This document shows, one piece after another, positions 18,306 to 28,951 of a stretch of DNA of 64,000 nt (position 1 is the stretch's first letter; each line of letters starts with the position of its first letter). This stretch comes from an uncultured Poribacteria bacterium. Its GTDB lineage: Bacteria; Poribacteria; WGA-4E; WGA-3G. The stretch is taken from the NCBI GenBank assembly GCA_951813565.1, contig OX638351.1, positions 256,001-320,000 on the forward strand, given 5' to 3'. The position numbers were made by a program, and so were the translations under genes. Below the pieces are notes generated by a model that was given only the letters and a program-made list of their open reading frames with translations, made no database searches and was not told where the DNA came from.

Positions 18306-18800
18306 GTGATTTCTCCGTTTCAATATTTTAAAAATGTTCTGCCATTAATAGTGGTAGCAATTCCATCATTGTTACTTGATATCGTTACCAAATGGCTGGT
18401 ACGTATGCATATCCCTAAAGGGAGAGGCTATTCAATTATTCAAGGCTTTTTTAATTTAAGGCATGATAGAAACTCTGGTGCTGCTTTCGGAATTTTATCA
18501 GATCAGCGGACGTTGTTAGTTATAATAACGATCGCTGCATTGATCTTTATTTTCGTCTATTCTTTCAGATTCAGACAGAGTCGATGGATGCAAACCGCGT
18601 TAGGTTTTCTCCTTGGTGGAGCAGTAGGAAACTTTATTGACCGTCTTTTTTTAGGTGAAGTTGTCGACTTTCTGCAGTTTGGTATAGAAAGCAAAAATTT
18701 GTATTGGCCCACTTTTAACGTCGCTGATGTGTCTGTATGTATAGGCGCGGGGATGCTCATCGTTTATCTGTTTCGTATTCAGAATCGGAGCACTAATTGA
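18306..18800 (+). CDS. lspA: Lipoprotein signal peptidase II
   Basis: DIVTK, NSGAAFG, GGAVGNFIDR, VVDFL, WPTFNVAD. Confidence 0.96.
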   Translation: MISPFQYFKNVLPLIVVAIPSLLLDIVTKWLVRMHIPKGRGYSIIQGFFNLRHDRNSGAAFGILSDQRTLLVIITIAALIFIFVYSFRFRQSRWMQTALGFLLGGAVGNFIDRLFLGEVVDFLQFGIESKNLYWPTFNVADVSVCIGAGMLIVYLFRIQNRSTN

Positions 18801-18810
18801 GGTAGTAGAT

Positions 18811-18840
18811 GTAGGTTGGGTAGAGCGTAGCGAAACCCAT
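18811..18840 (+). repeat. GTAG-type REP hairpin
   Basis: gtaggttgggtagagcgtagcgaaaccca; related copies at 11314, 13141, 29503, ~30015, ~51123 (reverse). Confidence 0.8.
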
Positions 18841-18889
18841 CTCTTTGTCCTTTTTCGTAGGACTTTCACAAAAAGCAAAAGGGTAAACC

Positions 18890-19474
18890 ATGTTTAAATT
18901 TAGAATTCGTATATATGTGGTCGCGTTAGCAGTAATTTTCGCATTAGTACCGCAATCAGAAGCGCAAAATCGAAGTGTTCCCCCTACAGAGCAAACTCAA
19001 GGAACACAACAAGAGGAATATAGCGAAAGTGCTTTACGTCGATTTGAGATTGTTACGTTAAGCGCACTCCCCTTCACCGCAGTCCATAGTTATTTGGGGG
19101 TTCGCGGTATAAAAATGGCACAAACAAATAAAATAGCACCAGAGTTAACACCACAGAATTACCGTGTAATGGGGATCACTGCTGTTTCGTTATCACTATT
19201 TATCGGTTTTTGGGACTGGCTACATACCCGTAATGTAGACAGGTCAGCTCCGAGTGTGCCAGAACGCAAGCCACCATCATCTCCTACTGAAGAAGGGATT
19301 CCTCCAGATGGGAGTATTGCTCGTATTCCTATTTTCGGTCCACATGCAAACATATACGGTATCTCAACATATTTTCCGCAACAACAACTATACTCAGTAA
19401 ATAACCAGTTGAATATGTGGTCAGCTGAACCATCTGTCGGCTTTGTTATTCCACTCCTTGAAATACGATTCTAA
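18890..19474 (+). CDS. Hypothetical exported/membrane protein
   Basis: Signal peptide (SEA|Q), two further hydrophobic segments, terminal Phe. Confidence 0.7.
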   Translation: MFKFRIRIYVVALAVIFALVPQSEAQNRSVPPTEQTQGTQQEEYSESALRRFEIVTLSALPFTAVHSYLGVRGIKMAQTNKIAPELTPQNYRVMGITAVSLSLFIGFWDWLHTRNVDRSAPSVPERKPPSSPTEEGIPPDGSIARIPIFGPHANIYGISTYFPQQQLYSVNNQLNMWSAEPSVGFVIPLLEIRF

Positions 19475-19523
19475 TAACACTTTATCGGACTCAAAACTGA
19501 CAGAAGATAGGTATTATACAAAA

Positions 19524-20483
19524 ATGCGTGTTCTCTTTATGGGCACCAGTGACTTTGCGATACCAGCACTGAAAGAACTTATTGCCCATCATTTCGAAGT
19601 CATAGGCGTTGTAACGCAACCTGACCGTCCCAGTGGAAGAGGCAAAAAGCTAAGTCCGCCACCGGTAAAACAGATTGCAATAGAAAATAACCTTCAGGTT
19701 TTTCAACCTGAAAAGGTTCGAAAACCAGAATTTGTTGAGACTTTGAAACAACTTACGCCAGACGTTATTATTGTTGCTGCTTTCGGTCAGCTTTTACCCC
19801 AAGCGGTGTTGGATATTCCACCATGTGGTGTCATTAATTTACATCCTTCTCTGTTGCCGAAATATAGAGGTGCAGCGCCAATTCAATGGGCATTAATTAA
19901 TGGGGAGAATGAGACAGGTGTAACGCTTATGCTGTTAGACGTTGGTGAAGATACCGGCGATATAATTTGCATGGAGCGAATACCAATTAGAATTGAAGAT
20001 ACAGCAGAAACATTGCATGAACAATTAGCAGATATTGGAGCGCGACTTCTGGTGGAAGTTTTGGCTAAATTGCCGCAAGGACAACCTCCAGCCGCAACAC
20101 CGCAGAATCATGCTGATGCTACGCATGCACCACGTCTAACGAAAACCGTTGGACATATCAAGTGGAATGAATCTGCCACTACAATTCACAACCTAATTAG
20201 AGGCACAGCTGGCTGGCCTGGTGCCTATACCTTTTTTCGAGAAGGTATGCTTCTTAAGATTATTCAATCTTTGCCGCATGAATATGAGCAGAAAATAAAG
20301 CAAAACATCTCTCAAGAAAAACCTGGTACCATAAAAATCACTTCAGAACGACAGTTGTTTGTGGCTACAGGTAAAGGTGAACTTCAGCTATTGCAAGTCC
20401 AACCAGCGACTAAAAAGATTATGGAAGTTTACGATTTTGTCAACGGGTATCAGTTAAAAACAGGTGAAAGTTTTTCAGTCTAA
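19524..20483 (+). CDS. fmt: Methionyl-tRNA formyltransferase
   Basis: MRVLFMGTSDFA, VVTQPDRPSGRG, INLHPSLLPKYRGAAPI, DTGDI. Confidence 0.97.
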   Translation: MRVLFMGTSDFAIPALKELIAHHFEVIGVVTQPDRPSGRGKKLSPPPVKQIAIENNLQVFQPEKVRKPEFVETLKQLTPDVIIVAAFGQLLPQAVLDIPPCGVINLHPSLLPKYRGAAPIQWALINGENETGVTLMLLDVGEDTGDIICMERIPIRIEDTAETLHEQLADIGARLLVEVLAKLPQGQPPAATPQNHADATHAPRLTKTVGHIKWNESATTIHNLIRGTAGWPGAYTFFREGMLLKIIQSLPHEYEQKIKQNISQEKPGTIKITSERQLFVATGKGELQLLQVQPATKKIMEVYDFVNGYQLKTGESFSV

Positions 20484-20524
20484 GAATGTAATTCGAGGGA
20501 GTCCGTATAGGGTTCAGCAATGAG

Positions 20525-21493
20525 ATGAACAAGCTTAATAAAACCTTATGGGGAATGGTCAAACTCGCCACCTATTGTCTGATTGTAATCGGGATAATAG
20601 GATTATTGATTGTTTTTATTATTATTCCACAGTGGGTAAAGTCCACGGAGATACTTGTTCCCAACCTTGACGGTAAACACTATTACCAAGCATTACACTC
20701 TCTTTCTGATGTAGGTTTAGCACCAGAAAATACAATTTATCAAGCAAGTAGTAGTGAACCGAAAGGCAATGTAATTGATCAAGACCCACCTGCGAATCAT
20801 AGCATCAAACCGCATCATAAGGTCAAAATCACAGTCAGTACTGGAGCAGATATGACACCTGTTCCGTCAGTAGTTGGTAAATCGCTTGATGCAGCACGTG
20901 AAACGCTTGAAACAGCGGATTTTCGCCCAAATACCATTGCTCGTGTCTATTCAACAAATTATTTATTGGATACCGTCATTGCGCAAAGCCCAGCAGAAGG
21001 GACGCCAAAAAAACGCCGCAGCCCTGTAAACTTGTTGGTAAGTCTTGGAAGAAAACCACAACCCATTCAACTACCAGACCTGAAAAACCAACTTGTTAGC
21101 GAGGTTTTACCTGCACTTGAAGCAGTTGGTCTGAATGTTGAAATTATAAATAGTCCACACCCAACAATTGAACACGGAAGGATCATTAACCACGAAAAAC
21201 TTGTTCATAGCGGTGACTTAATTACACTGGAAGTTAGCGGCAAACGGGATGAAACCGAAAACAGTGGAAGATGGTTGACCCACAAACACACCGTCAGTGG
21301 AGAAGGGAATCAGACAATAGAGGTTAAAATAGTTATTATTGATGACTACGGTGAACGCATTGAAGTCAATAATGTTTTTTATGCTCCAGGAGCAATAATT
21401 GACTTAGAAAAGAGAAGAGTTAAAGTTTTTGGTCCGGCATTGGTAATTGTGTTTGAAGACGGCAAAAAATTATACGAAAGGCGTTATCAATAA
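20525..21493 (+). CDS. Membrane-anchored PASTA-domain protein (three repeats, no kinase domain)
   Basis: N-terminal TM; VPNLDG..VIDQDPPA, VPSVVG..VIAQSPAEG, LPDLKN. Confidence 0.88.
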   Translation: MNKLNKTLWGMVKLATYCLIVIGIIGLLIVFIIIPQWVKSTEILVPNLDGKHYYQALHSLSDVGLAPENTIYQASSSEPKGNVIDQDPPANHSIKPHHKVKITVSTGADMTPVPSVVGKSLDAARETLETADFRPNTIARVYSTNYLLDTVIAQSPAEGTPKKRRSPVNLLVSLGRKPQPIQLPDLKNQLVSEVLPALEAVGLNVEIINSPHPTIEHGRIINHEKLVHSGDLITLEVSGKRDETENSGRWLTHKHTVSGEGNQTIEVKIVIIDDYGERIEVNNVFYAPGAIIDLEKRRVKVFGPALVIVFEDGKKLYERRYQ

Positions 21494-21642
21494 TCTTGCA
21501 AAGAACGTCCGTAATTGAAATTTCGGTAGACACTCCACTAGAAATCTGCTGAAATTACCACTGTTTTAGTTATAATTATTTAATAAATGCTGCAAATTAT
21601 GTAGGTCCTAACTGTTCTATTGAAAATTGGAGGATATGTCAA

Positions 21643-22302
21643 ATTTTAAAACCCCCTAAAATCGCGCCGTCACTTTTAGCAGCAGACTTCAGTCGTTTCG
21701 GTGAGGAAGTCGAACGAGTTGTTGAGTCTGGTGCTGACTTACTCCATTTTGATGTAATGGATGGTGAATTTGTACCAAACTTTGGTATAAGTCCTCTATT
21801 AATTGCTGCAGTTCGTGAAAAAACGGATGTGCTTTTTGATGTCCATATTATGGTGAGACACCCACTCCGATATATTGATGCGTTAGTTGATGCCGGGTCC
21901 GATATGATTACCTTCCATATTGAGAGTGATGATGAACCCAATGCAGTGATTTCCACAATTAAAGACCACAACATAAAAGTCGGATTAGCGTTTTCACCAA
22001 ATATAGAAAATGAGAAAGTTATACCATATCTGTCGGATATTGACCTTGTGTTACCGATGAGCGTTGAGCCAGGATTCGGGGGACAAGCATTTATTCCGAC
22101 TACTTTACAGAAAATTGCGAAATTACATCAAAAGATACAAGAAATTGATAATTCACCCGAAATTTCTGTTGATGGCGGTGTAACAGTAGATATAGGTCCA
22201 GACGCTGTTCGTGAAGGTGCAACAATTCTTGTCGCAGGCACAGCAATTTTTAAGAGCCAACACCCGAAAGCAGTTATAGAAAAATTACGGACTGTAGAAT
22301 AA
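21643..22302 (+). CDS. rpe: Ribulose-phosphate 3-epimerase (start codon anomalous)
   Basis: KIAPSLLAADF and LHFDVMDG lie in frame upstream of/at the listed 21757 start; DVHIM, ITFHIE, MSVEPGFGGQ, VDGG, VAGTAIF. Confidence 0.93.
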   Translation: MLKPPKIAPSLLAADFSRFGEEVERVVESGADLLHFDVMDGEFVPNFGISPLLIAAVREKTDVLFDVHIMVRHPLRYIDALVDAGSDMITFHIESDDEPNAVISTIKDHNIKVGLAFSPNIENEKVIPYLSDIDLVLPMSVEPGFGGQAFIPTTLQKIAKLHQKIQEIDNSPEISVDGGVTVDIGPDAVREGATILVAGTAIFKSQHPKAVIEKLRTVE

Positions 22303-22337
22303 CTCAAAGTTTCTGGTTGGTTGTGTTAGGATGAAAG

Positions 22338-23057
22338 ATGCATACGTTCTATGCCCCTCCAACTCAGATCAATGAGGAGATAGCCACGATTACCGGTTTA
22401 GAACAACACCATCTCCGAAATGTGCTACGATTGGAACCTGGCGATACAATCCGAATTGTTGATGGAGAAGGAAGTATCTGTATAGGCGAAATATATAAAA
22501 TGAATGCGGAGGCAACAGAAGCAAAGGTATTAAGACGTAACTTTCACGAGAGAAATAGACCAGTCCTAACGCTTTTCCAGGCGTTGCCAAAAAACGATAA
22601 GATGGAGTTGATTTTGCAGAAGACAACCGAACTTGGCGTAACACGTATTGTCCCTATGAACACAGAACGTTCATTACAAAAACCGAGTCAAAATCGTTAT
22701 GAACGTTGGCATCGTGTTGTCCTTTCCGCAACAAAGCAGTGTAAACGCGCGTGGTTACCTGAACTTCATGAGGTACAAGAATTCGGTGAATGTCTGAACA
22801 TGATTCAAAAATATACACGCAGTCTAATTTTCTGGGAAAATGAAAAGCAACAACATATCAAAGCAGTGTTGAGAGAAGCACCAAAGGTAGAATCTATTGC
22901 ATTTTTAGTAGGTCCAGAAGGGAGTTTTACCGATAAGGAGGTCAACGCTGCAATTGAAAACGGATGTATCTCGGTAACGGTTGGTTCAAATACCTTAAGA
23001 ACAGAAACCGCCGCAATAGCGGGAATTACCATCGCCGCTTATGAATACCAACTGTGA
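22338..23057 (+). CDS. rsmE: 16S rRNA m3U1498 methyltransferase
   Basis: HHLRNVLRL, QKTTELGV, VGPEGSF, LRTETA. Confidence 0.95.
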   Translation: MHTFYAPPTQINEEIATITGLEQHHLRNVLRLEPGDTIRIVDGEGSICIGEIYKMNAEATEAKVLRRNFHERNRPVLTLFQALPKNDKMELILQKTTELGVTRIVPMNTERSLQKPSQNRYERWHRVVLSATKQCKRAWLPELHEVQEFGECLNMIQKYTRSLIFWENEKQQHIKAVLREAPKVESIAFLVGPEGSFTDKEVNAAIENGCISVTVGSNTLRTETAAIAGITIAAYEYQL

Positions 23058-24382
23058 TCCAACATAAAACCATGAAAACAGCAAAACTCATTACAATGGG
23101 CTGCAAGGTAAATCAATACGACACGCAATCAATGCGGGAAGCACTCGTCTGCAACGGATACGCGATTGTTGATGAAACACTACCTGCAGACTTATATCTC
23201 ATTAACACATGCACGGTAACGAACACCGCTGATCAGAAAGCACGTCAAGTTATTCGGCGGGCAATCCGGCAGAATCCGAACGCTGATGTGTTGGTTACAG
23301 GATGTTACGCTGAAAGTGATCGAAAAGCAATTGAGCAGATACCGGGTGTGACGGTTGTCTTCGGAAATCGTGAGAAAGCAGATTTTCAAACCTATCTTGA
23401 TAAGTTGCATGCCGAAACACCTCTACAGATTCAACCCGTTCAACACGATGCAATTCGGGAACACGCGCGTTTTAGCAGTGGTGTTAGCAATGCCGGAAAA
23501 CGCACACGCGCGCTCATCAAAGTGCAAGATGGCTGCAGTGCATTCTGCACTTATTGCATCATTCCTTATGTACGAGGCAGGATGACAAGCCGTCCACTTA
23601 CAGAGATTGTTGATGAAGCGCAACGCATTGCCGACAGCGGCATCAAGGAAATTGTAATTACCGGTGTACATCTTGGTGCGTATGGACAAGACACAGGAAG
23701 GGATAAAGATATCGCAGACATCTTGGAACAGATACATGACGTCGAAGGGATTGAACGTATCCGCTTTAGCTCAATTGAACCGATGTATTTTCCAGATATC
23801 CTCTCGGAACGGATGTCTGCATTACCGAAGTGTATGCCTCACTTCCATATCCCTATTCAATCAGGATCAGATAATGTTTTACGCCAAATGCGCCGCCGTT
23901 ATACGACCACTCAATTCGCACACCTTGTTGATAACCTACGTGCACGCTTTACTGATGATGTTGGTATTACTACAGATATAATGGTTGGATTTCCCGGTGA
24001 AACCGATACAGATTTCAAGGATTCACTTCAGTTCGTTGAAAAAATTGGATTCAGTCAACTACATGTATTTCGGTATTCCCCGCGTAAGGGTACACCGGCA
24101 GCAACTTACTCGGAGCAAGTTGCACCACGCATTTCCGCAGAACGAAGCAGCGCAATGATTGAATTAGGAAATCAACTCAATTCAGCGTTTCGCAAACGGA
24201 TGCTTGGCAAACAAAAAAACGTGTTAGTCGAAGAAAGCAGGGAAGGTCCGAAAAACTTCCTTGCAGGATTCACAGATAATTATCTCCGTGTGCTTTTAGA
24301 TGCCCCAGATACTGCGATAAATCAAATTCTTCGGGTTAAGTTAACAACTTTAGATGATGAATTCGTTTATGGAATGTGTTAA
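23054..24382 (+). CDS. mtaB: tRNA t6A37 methylthiotransferase
   Basis: TMGCKVNQYD, INTCTVT, TRALIKVQDGCSAFCTYCIIPYVRG, GFPGET; follows rsmE. Confidence 0.95.
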   Translation: MIQHKTMKTAKLITMGCKVNQYDTQSMREALVCNGYAIVDETLPADLYLINTCTVTNTADQKARQVIRRAIRQNPNADVLVTGCYAESDRKAIEQIPGVTVVFGNREKADFQTYLDKLHAETPLQIQPVQHDAIREHARFSSGVSNAGKRTRALIKVQDGCSAFCTYCIIPYVRGRMTSRPLTEIVDEAQRIADSGIKEIVITGVHLGAYGQDTGRDKDIADILEQIHDVEGIERIRFSSIEPMYFPDILSERMSALPKCMPHFHIPIQSGSDNVLRQMRRRYTTTQFAHLVDNLRARFTDDVGITTDIMVGFPGETDTDFKDSLQFVEKIGFSQLHVFRYSPRKGTPAATYSEQVAPRISAERSSAMIELGNQLNSAFRKRMLGKQKNVLVEESREGPKNFLAGFTDNYLRVLLDAPDTAINQILRVKLTTLDDEFVYGMC

Positions 24383-24461
24383 TGATGCTCTTCACAATAA
24401 GATTGAGGCACGAAGCCTTGTTTTTATCTTCAGGACTTATTATTCCCTTGGAGAAAACATT

Positions 24462-25649
24462 TTGCCTAAAATAAAAATTATTCTGTTATTATTTGTAGTC
24501 CTATTTGCCATGTCAGGATGCGAAAAAATTACGGATAAAGTAATATTACCGCCCGATACGACACCGGCAGATACGCAACCTCTCACAGTGATGACCTATA
24601 ATGTATACGTTGGCAGCAGTGCAGATCCGCTCTTATCCGTAGAGAATCTTGGACAAGTGCCGGGAGAAGTTACCAAGATGTACAACAATGTCATGGCATC
24701 CGACTTTCCAAGTCGTGCAGTTGCAATCGCTAAATCCATAAAAACGCATCAACCACACCTAATCGGACTACAAGAAATTTCTTTAATCCGCCACCAAAGT
24801 CCAGGTGACTTTATTCCGAACAATCCGACTCTTGCTGAAGAGGTCGTCTTGGATTTTCTCCAAATTTTGATGGATGCGCTTCAAGCAGAAGGCTTAAGTT
24901 ATCAAGTCGCTGCGCAAGTTGAAAATTTAGATGTTGAAATGCCAATGTTTACTGCTACCAGTATTGATGATGTTAGGTTGACCGATTATGATGTGATAAT
25001 GGCTCGTAGTGACGTTGAAATATCAAATCCAATGACGGCTAACTACGAAAATGCGCTTAAAATAGAAATGCTTGGGCTGCAAATAAAAAGAGGCTATGTT
25101 GCTGTAGATGCTACTGTGTCTGGTGTAACTTACCGTGTTGTCAATACACATCTTGAGGCATTTGCAGAAGAAAACAGGGTGGAACAAACACAGGAACTTG
25201 TGGATATTCTTAGCAGCGAGACCATGCCGATTATTTTGCTCGGAGATTTCAATACGAGAGCAACCGATGGAGCTGGCTACCAAATTTTATTGTCGGCGGG
25301 TTACGCTGACGTTTGGCTCCTTGATAATTGGTCTTATGCTTGTTGTTTAGATGGTAGTCCTGGATGCATAGCTTGCCAGATGGGAAATCGTAAGGCTAAT
25401 GATATTATACGCAAACTTCATGCAATGAGAGCTGGAAACGAGTCTGGCAATACGTGCTGTCAAGACGATGACATATTAAATGAGGTGAGCGATCTCACGG
25501 TCCGGATTGACCAAATCTTTGTGCGAAATATGGATCTATTCCTGCCTGTCGTGTCATTCACGGTCGGAGATAAACCATCTGACCGACTCCCTTCAGGCTT
25601 ATGGCCATCTGACCATGCGGGTGTTGTTGCACAGTTTACATTTGAGTAA
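24462..25649 (+). CDS. Endonuclease/exonuclease/phosphatase family lipoprotein
   Basis: Lipobox MSGC; VMTYNV, LIGLQE, NTHLE, GDFN, RIDQI, SDHAGV; TTG start after GGAG. Confidence 0.9.
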   Translation: MPKIKIILLLFVVLFAMSGCEKITDKVILPPDTTPADTQPLTVMTYNVYVGSSADPLLSVENLGQVPGEVTKMYNNVMASDFPSRAVAIAKSIKTHQPHLIGLQEISLIRHQSPGDFIPNNPTLAEEVVLDFLQILMDALQAEGLSYQVAAQVENLDVEMPMFTATSIDDVRLTDYDVIMARSDVEISNPMTANYENALKIEMLGLQIKRGYVAVDATVSGVTYRVVNTHLEAFAEENRVEQTQELVDILSSETMPIILLGDFNTRATDGAGYQILLSAGYADVWLLDNWSYACCLDGSPGCIACQMGNRKANDIIRKLHAMRAGNESGNTCCQDDDILNEVSDLTVRIDQIFVRNMDLFLPVVSFTVGDKPSDRLPSGLWPSDHAGVVAQFTFE

Positions 25650-25669
25650 CGTAAAACTTTGGTAAAAGT

Positions 25670-25713
25670 AAAGCGCGCTGCAATGGAATTGAAAATCCAT
25701 CGCAGCGCGTTTC
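25670..25713. terminator. Hairpin between convergent genes, probable bidirectional terminator
   Basis: aaagcgcgctgcaatgga...tccatcgcagcgcgttt. Confidence 0.6.
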
Positions 25714-25731
25714 TATTTGTAGGATAGATCT

Positions 25732-26907
25732 CTAATCAAAGACTTCAAGTTTACCATTTTTTACAATTAAGACAACTGGGTCGTAAATCGCGTCTCCGTT
25801 AGAATCAAAAGAAAACTTACCTAAAATGGTGTCAAAATCCTTAATCTCAGCAAGCGCAGCAGCAATTGCCTCTGAACCTGTTGATTGCGCGTTTCTGATC
25901 GCCTCTGCAAGGATATAGACAGCGGCGTATGGTTTTGCAGCCCAAACGCTCGGTTCAAAACCGTATTTCTCGGTGTATTTCTGAACGAAGGCTTGATTCC
26001 TGGGCGTATCTGCGGTGCTAATCCATGCTGAAAATGTAATTGTCCCCTCGGCGGCAGCTCCGGCACTTTGGATCAGATCTCTGGACAAGATAAGGGAAAT
26101 AAAGGGAATTTCAGTGGGGATCCCAAGCTCGCGTGCCTGTGTGAGAATATGAATCAACTCTATGTCTTGTGCGGAGACAAAGATCGCATCTGGATTCAAC
26201 GTCTTTATCCGGGTTAATTGGTTGGAAAAGTCGGTATCACCGGTCACGAATGTCTCCGTCGTCAGCACCTTAACCCCATTATCAGTGAGTGTTTGCCTAT
26301 ATACTTCGTCGCTCACCTGAGAAGCGAAGTCAACCGTGTCTGCTATCGTAGCTATTCTTTGGTAACCGAGTCTCTCCTGCGTTACCTTGACTCCCTCAAG
26401 AATCAGTACTTCTGTAGAGAGACTGGTTCGGAAGATAAAATCACCGATAGCAGTCAAGCCAGAAGCGAGGACGACCGGACTAAAAGCCACAACCTGGTTT
26501 TCTTGCGCAATAGGAAAAACGGATTTGGCAATGTGTGAGGTCCAGACACCGAGAATGACAGGGACCCTATCTTGATGGATTAGTTTATTAAAAGCTGTAA
26601 CTGCACCTTCTTTAGTGCTCATATCGTCTTCAATAATGAACTTGAGAGTTGCATCCCCGAGCAATTGAGATGTATTGATCTCCTCAAGTGCCATGTTAAA
26701 ACTATTTTCCATCACCAAGGCACCCGGACCGAATTCACCTGGTCCTAAGTGACCTGTCTGAGGTAAAACGACACCAATGGTAATTTCCCCACTGAGACCT
26801 TCAGGCTGAGCGGTAGGTTGCACAACTTGTTCAATTCGTTCACAGCCAATAATGCCACCAACCAACATTATAATTACGAATACATACGCAAAAGTTGTTA
26901 TCTTCAT
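25732..26907 (-). CDS. LivJ-type ABC transporter substrate-binding lipoprotein
   Basis: Lipobox IIGC; IGVVLPQTG, GDFIFR, GDTDFSNQLTRIK, GKFSFDSNGD. Confidence 0.9.
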   Translation of the reverse strand: MKITTFAYVFVIIMLVGGIIGCERIEQVVQPTAQPEGLSGEITIGVVLPQTGHLGPGEFGPGALVMENSFNMALEEINTSQLLGDATLKFIIEDDMSTKEGAVTAFNKLIHQDRVPVILGVWTSHIAKSVFPIAQENQVVAFSPVVLASGLTAIGDFIFRTSLSTEVLILEGVKVTQERLGYQRIATIADTVDFASQVSDEVYRQTLTDNGVKVLTTETFVTGDTDFSNQLTRIKTLNPDAIFVSAQDIELIHILTQARELGIPTEIPFISLILSRDLIQSAGAAAEGTITFSAWISTADTPRNQAFVQKYTEKYGFEPSVWAAKPYAAVYILAEAIRNAQSTGSEAIAAALAEIKDFDTILGKFSFDSNGDAIYDPVVLIVKNGKLEVFD

Positions 26908-26933
26908 CTTAACCTCCTAATTTGCCAAAATAT

Positions 26934-26980
26934 AAACAAGTCCGAGTTCTCAATGATGTGAGAACTCAGACTTATTTGTA
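26934..26980 (-). terminator. Hairpin between the two LivJ-type genes
   Basis: aagtccgagttctca...tgagaactcagactt. Confidence 0.45.
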
Positions 26981-27005
26981 TAAGTATTGTCTTTCAGTAT
27001 TATGT

Positions 27006-28155
27006 CTACTCAGGTGCCGCCTCAATTATGTCATCCTGCGGCATACCGTTAAGAATTTGGCGCACGCCGACGCTTTTGATGGGATTTCGGTTTTCATCAA
27101 AACGAAAGATGGTTGTCGCACCTTCGTAGTTTGTGATATTTGCGATGGCATCTCGAATCGCAGCCGGATCATCGGTTGAACCTACTGTCTCAATTGCTAT
27201 TGCCAAAATTTTCATGGCATCATAACCTGCTGCTGCAATGCCATCAACGGAGCCATATTTTGCCGTATAAGCAGAAATAAAACCCACAGCATCCGGATCT
27301 AAGTTGGTACAATAGTAACCATCAACAGGTTCATTATCCTCCAAAGTCGAAGACATTAGCGGATCGTCCCAACCATCGCTACCGATAAAGATAGATTCAA
27401 TTCCCATGTCCAGTGCTTGTGCCATTATCCGTGGTACTGATTTAGGAAAACTGGCGAGAAGAAGCACATCAGGATTTGCCTCTTTAACTGCAGTAAGTTG
27501 GGAATCAAACATCGTTCCGCCGTTCCCTTCATAGGTTTGTTCAACAACTACACTCCCACCAAGTTCTGTAAAACTTGCCTTAAATGATTGCACAAAACCC
27601 TCAGAATATACATCCATATTTTGCCAAATCATAGAGGCAGATATTGCATTGAGTTGCTCTACGGCAACTTTTGCCAAAAGATTTGCCTGCAGGACATTGG
27701 AACCAGCAACGAGAAACATGAAATCGTTTGGGTCTGTTGCATCTGCCGTAACTTCTGCCCTTGTTGCTCACAAAAGCACAGGAACAGTGGCAACCGGACC
27801 AACTTTTACGGCATGGCTTGAAAAGAGGGGGCCTAATATAGCAACAACATTTTCCATTTCAACCAATTCTGTCGCTGACTGAGTAACGGTATCTGTCGTT
27901 TTTTCCTTAAAAATCAACTCAATCTGCATGACAAGGACGCCACCAGCTGCATTGATTTCAGCTTGGGCAAGTTTTGCCCCGTTACCAAAACTGGTGTAAT
28001 TTGGCTGCGGATGAATCAATCCCACTTTAAGTGTAGACACCATTTCGTCATCCGTAGGCGGAACCATATCCATCATTTTTTCACAACCCAGATAGCCAAG
28101 CGACTGAGAATGCAAGTAGGACGCATAGCACAACCCTAAAAATTTTTGTGTTCAT
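27006..28155 (-). pseudogene. Second LivJ-type substrate-binding protein, two frameshifts
   Basis: Signal peptide from ATG 28155 shifts frame at the lipobox (~28090); second shift ~27770; EINAAGG, ILGP, GSDGWD, GYDAM. Confidence 0.85.
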
Positions 28156-28339
28156 AAATTGCTCCTATTTTGTAGACTACCTTCACAGTGCAAGGTAGTT
28201 GAGATTTCTTATTTTTTATTTTATAATGTAATTATAACATTAATGTGTGTAAAAAGTTACATTTCTATGAACAAGTTGGCTCAGAGTGAGACTTTGCGTC
28301 CGGCAACGCGAACGCAAAAGTCTCTACAGATAATTTTAC

Positions 28340-28776
28340 CTATTCACTGGCACCGTTACGCAGCAAGTGTGCTCCCAAAGCACCATTCAACAACGGAAGT
28401 AGGGCATCAAAAAAATCCATACAGTTGATCGGGTTTCGTCTCCGACAGCAGTAAAGGTTGTGGCATTGAGAATACCAAACCAATTCCAAAAAAATAAAAT
28501 AGCAGCAAACATGAACCCGTAGAATAACGTGTTAGCCGCTATGAACTCTTGAACGCTTGAATTATCCGCGACTTTGTTCAAGCGAATGTAACTAAATATT
28601 AAACCCAACACTATTGAAATCGCGGAGAGTACGTTAATATAACCCTAAACAGAACTATACGGATTGTCACTGTTGGGATCAGAAGTGTGGTATAATGGTT
28701 CAATAACAGTGTGGATTGCAACTATTGTCGCAATTATGATGAGAACAACGCCTATAACTTTCTTGAGGGCATCCAT
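28340..28776 (-). pseudogene. Small multi-TM membrane protein pseudogene
   Basis: MDALKKVIGVVLII.. with in-frame TAG at 28645-28647 and a likely frameshift in the poly-T near 28410. Confidence 0.65.
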
Positions 28777-28951
28777 GATATTTCTCCTGCCCTGATCGGG
28801 TTTATAGAATATATCCCATAAACTAATTTTGTTGGTATCACTGTGTTCAACTAACCTAAAAAATTATAGGTTAATTATTCGGAGATCGCTGACAGGACGC
28901 TTCTAAAGAGCATCACAGTAAAATTGCCACACATTATCGGATTTGTTGATT

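Noticed and set aside
28645..28647. Pyrrolysine or amber read-through
   Set aside because: The same gene also has a frameshift and no pyl context; a TGG>TAG nonsense change is simpler.
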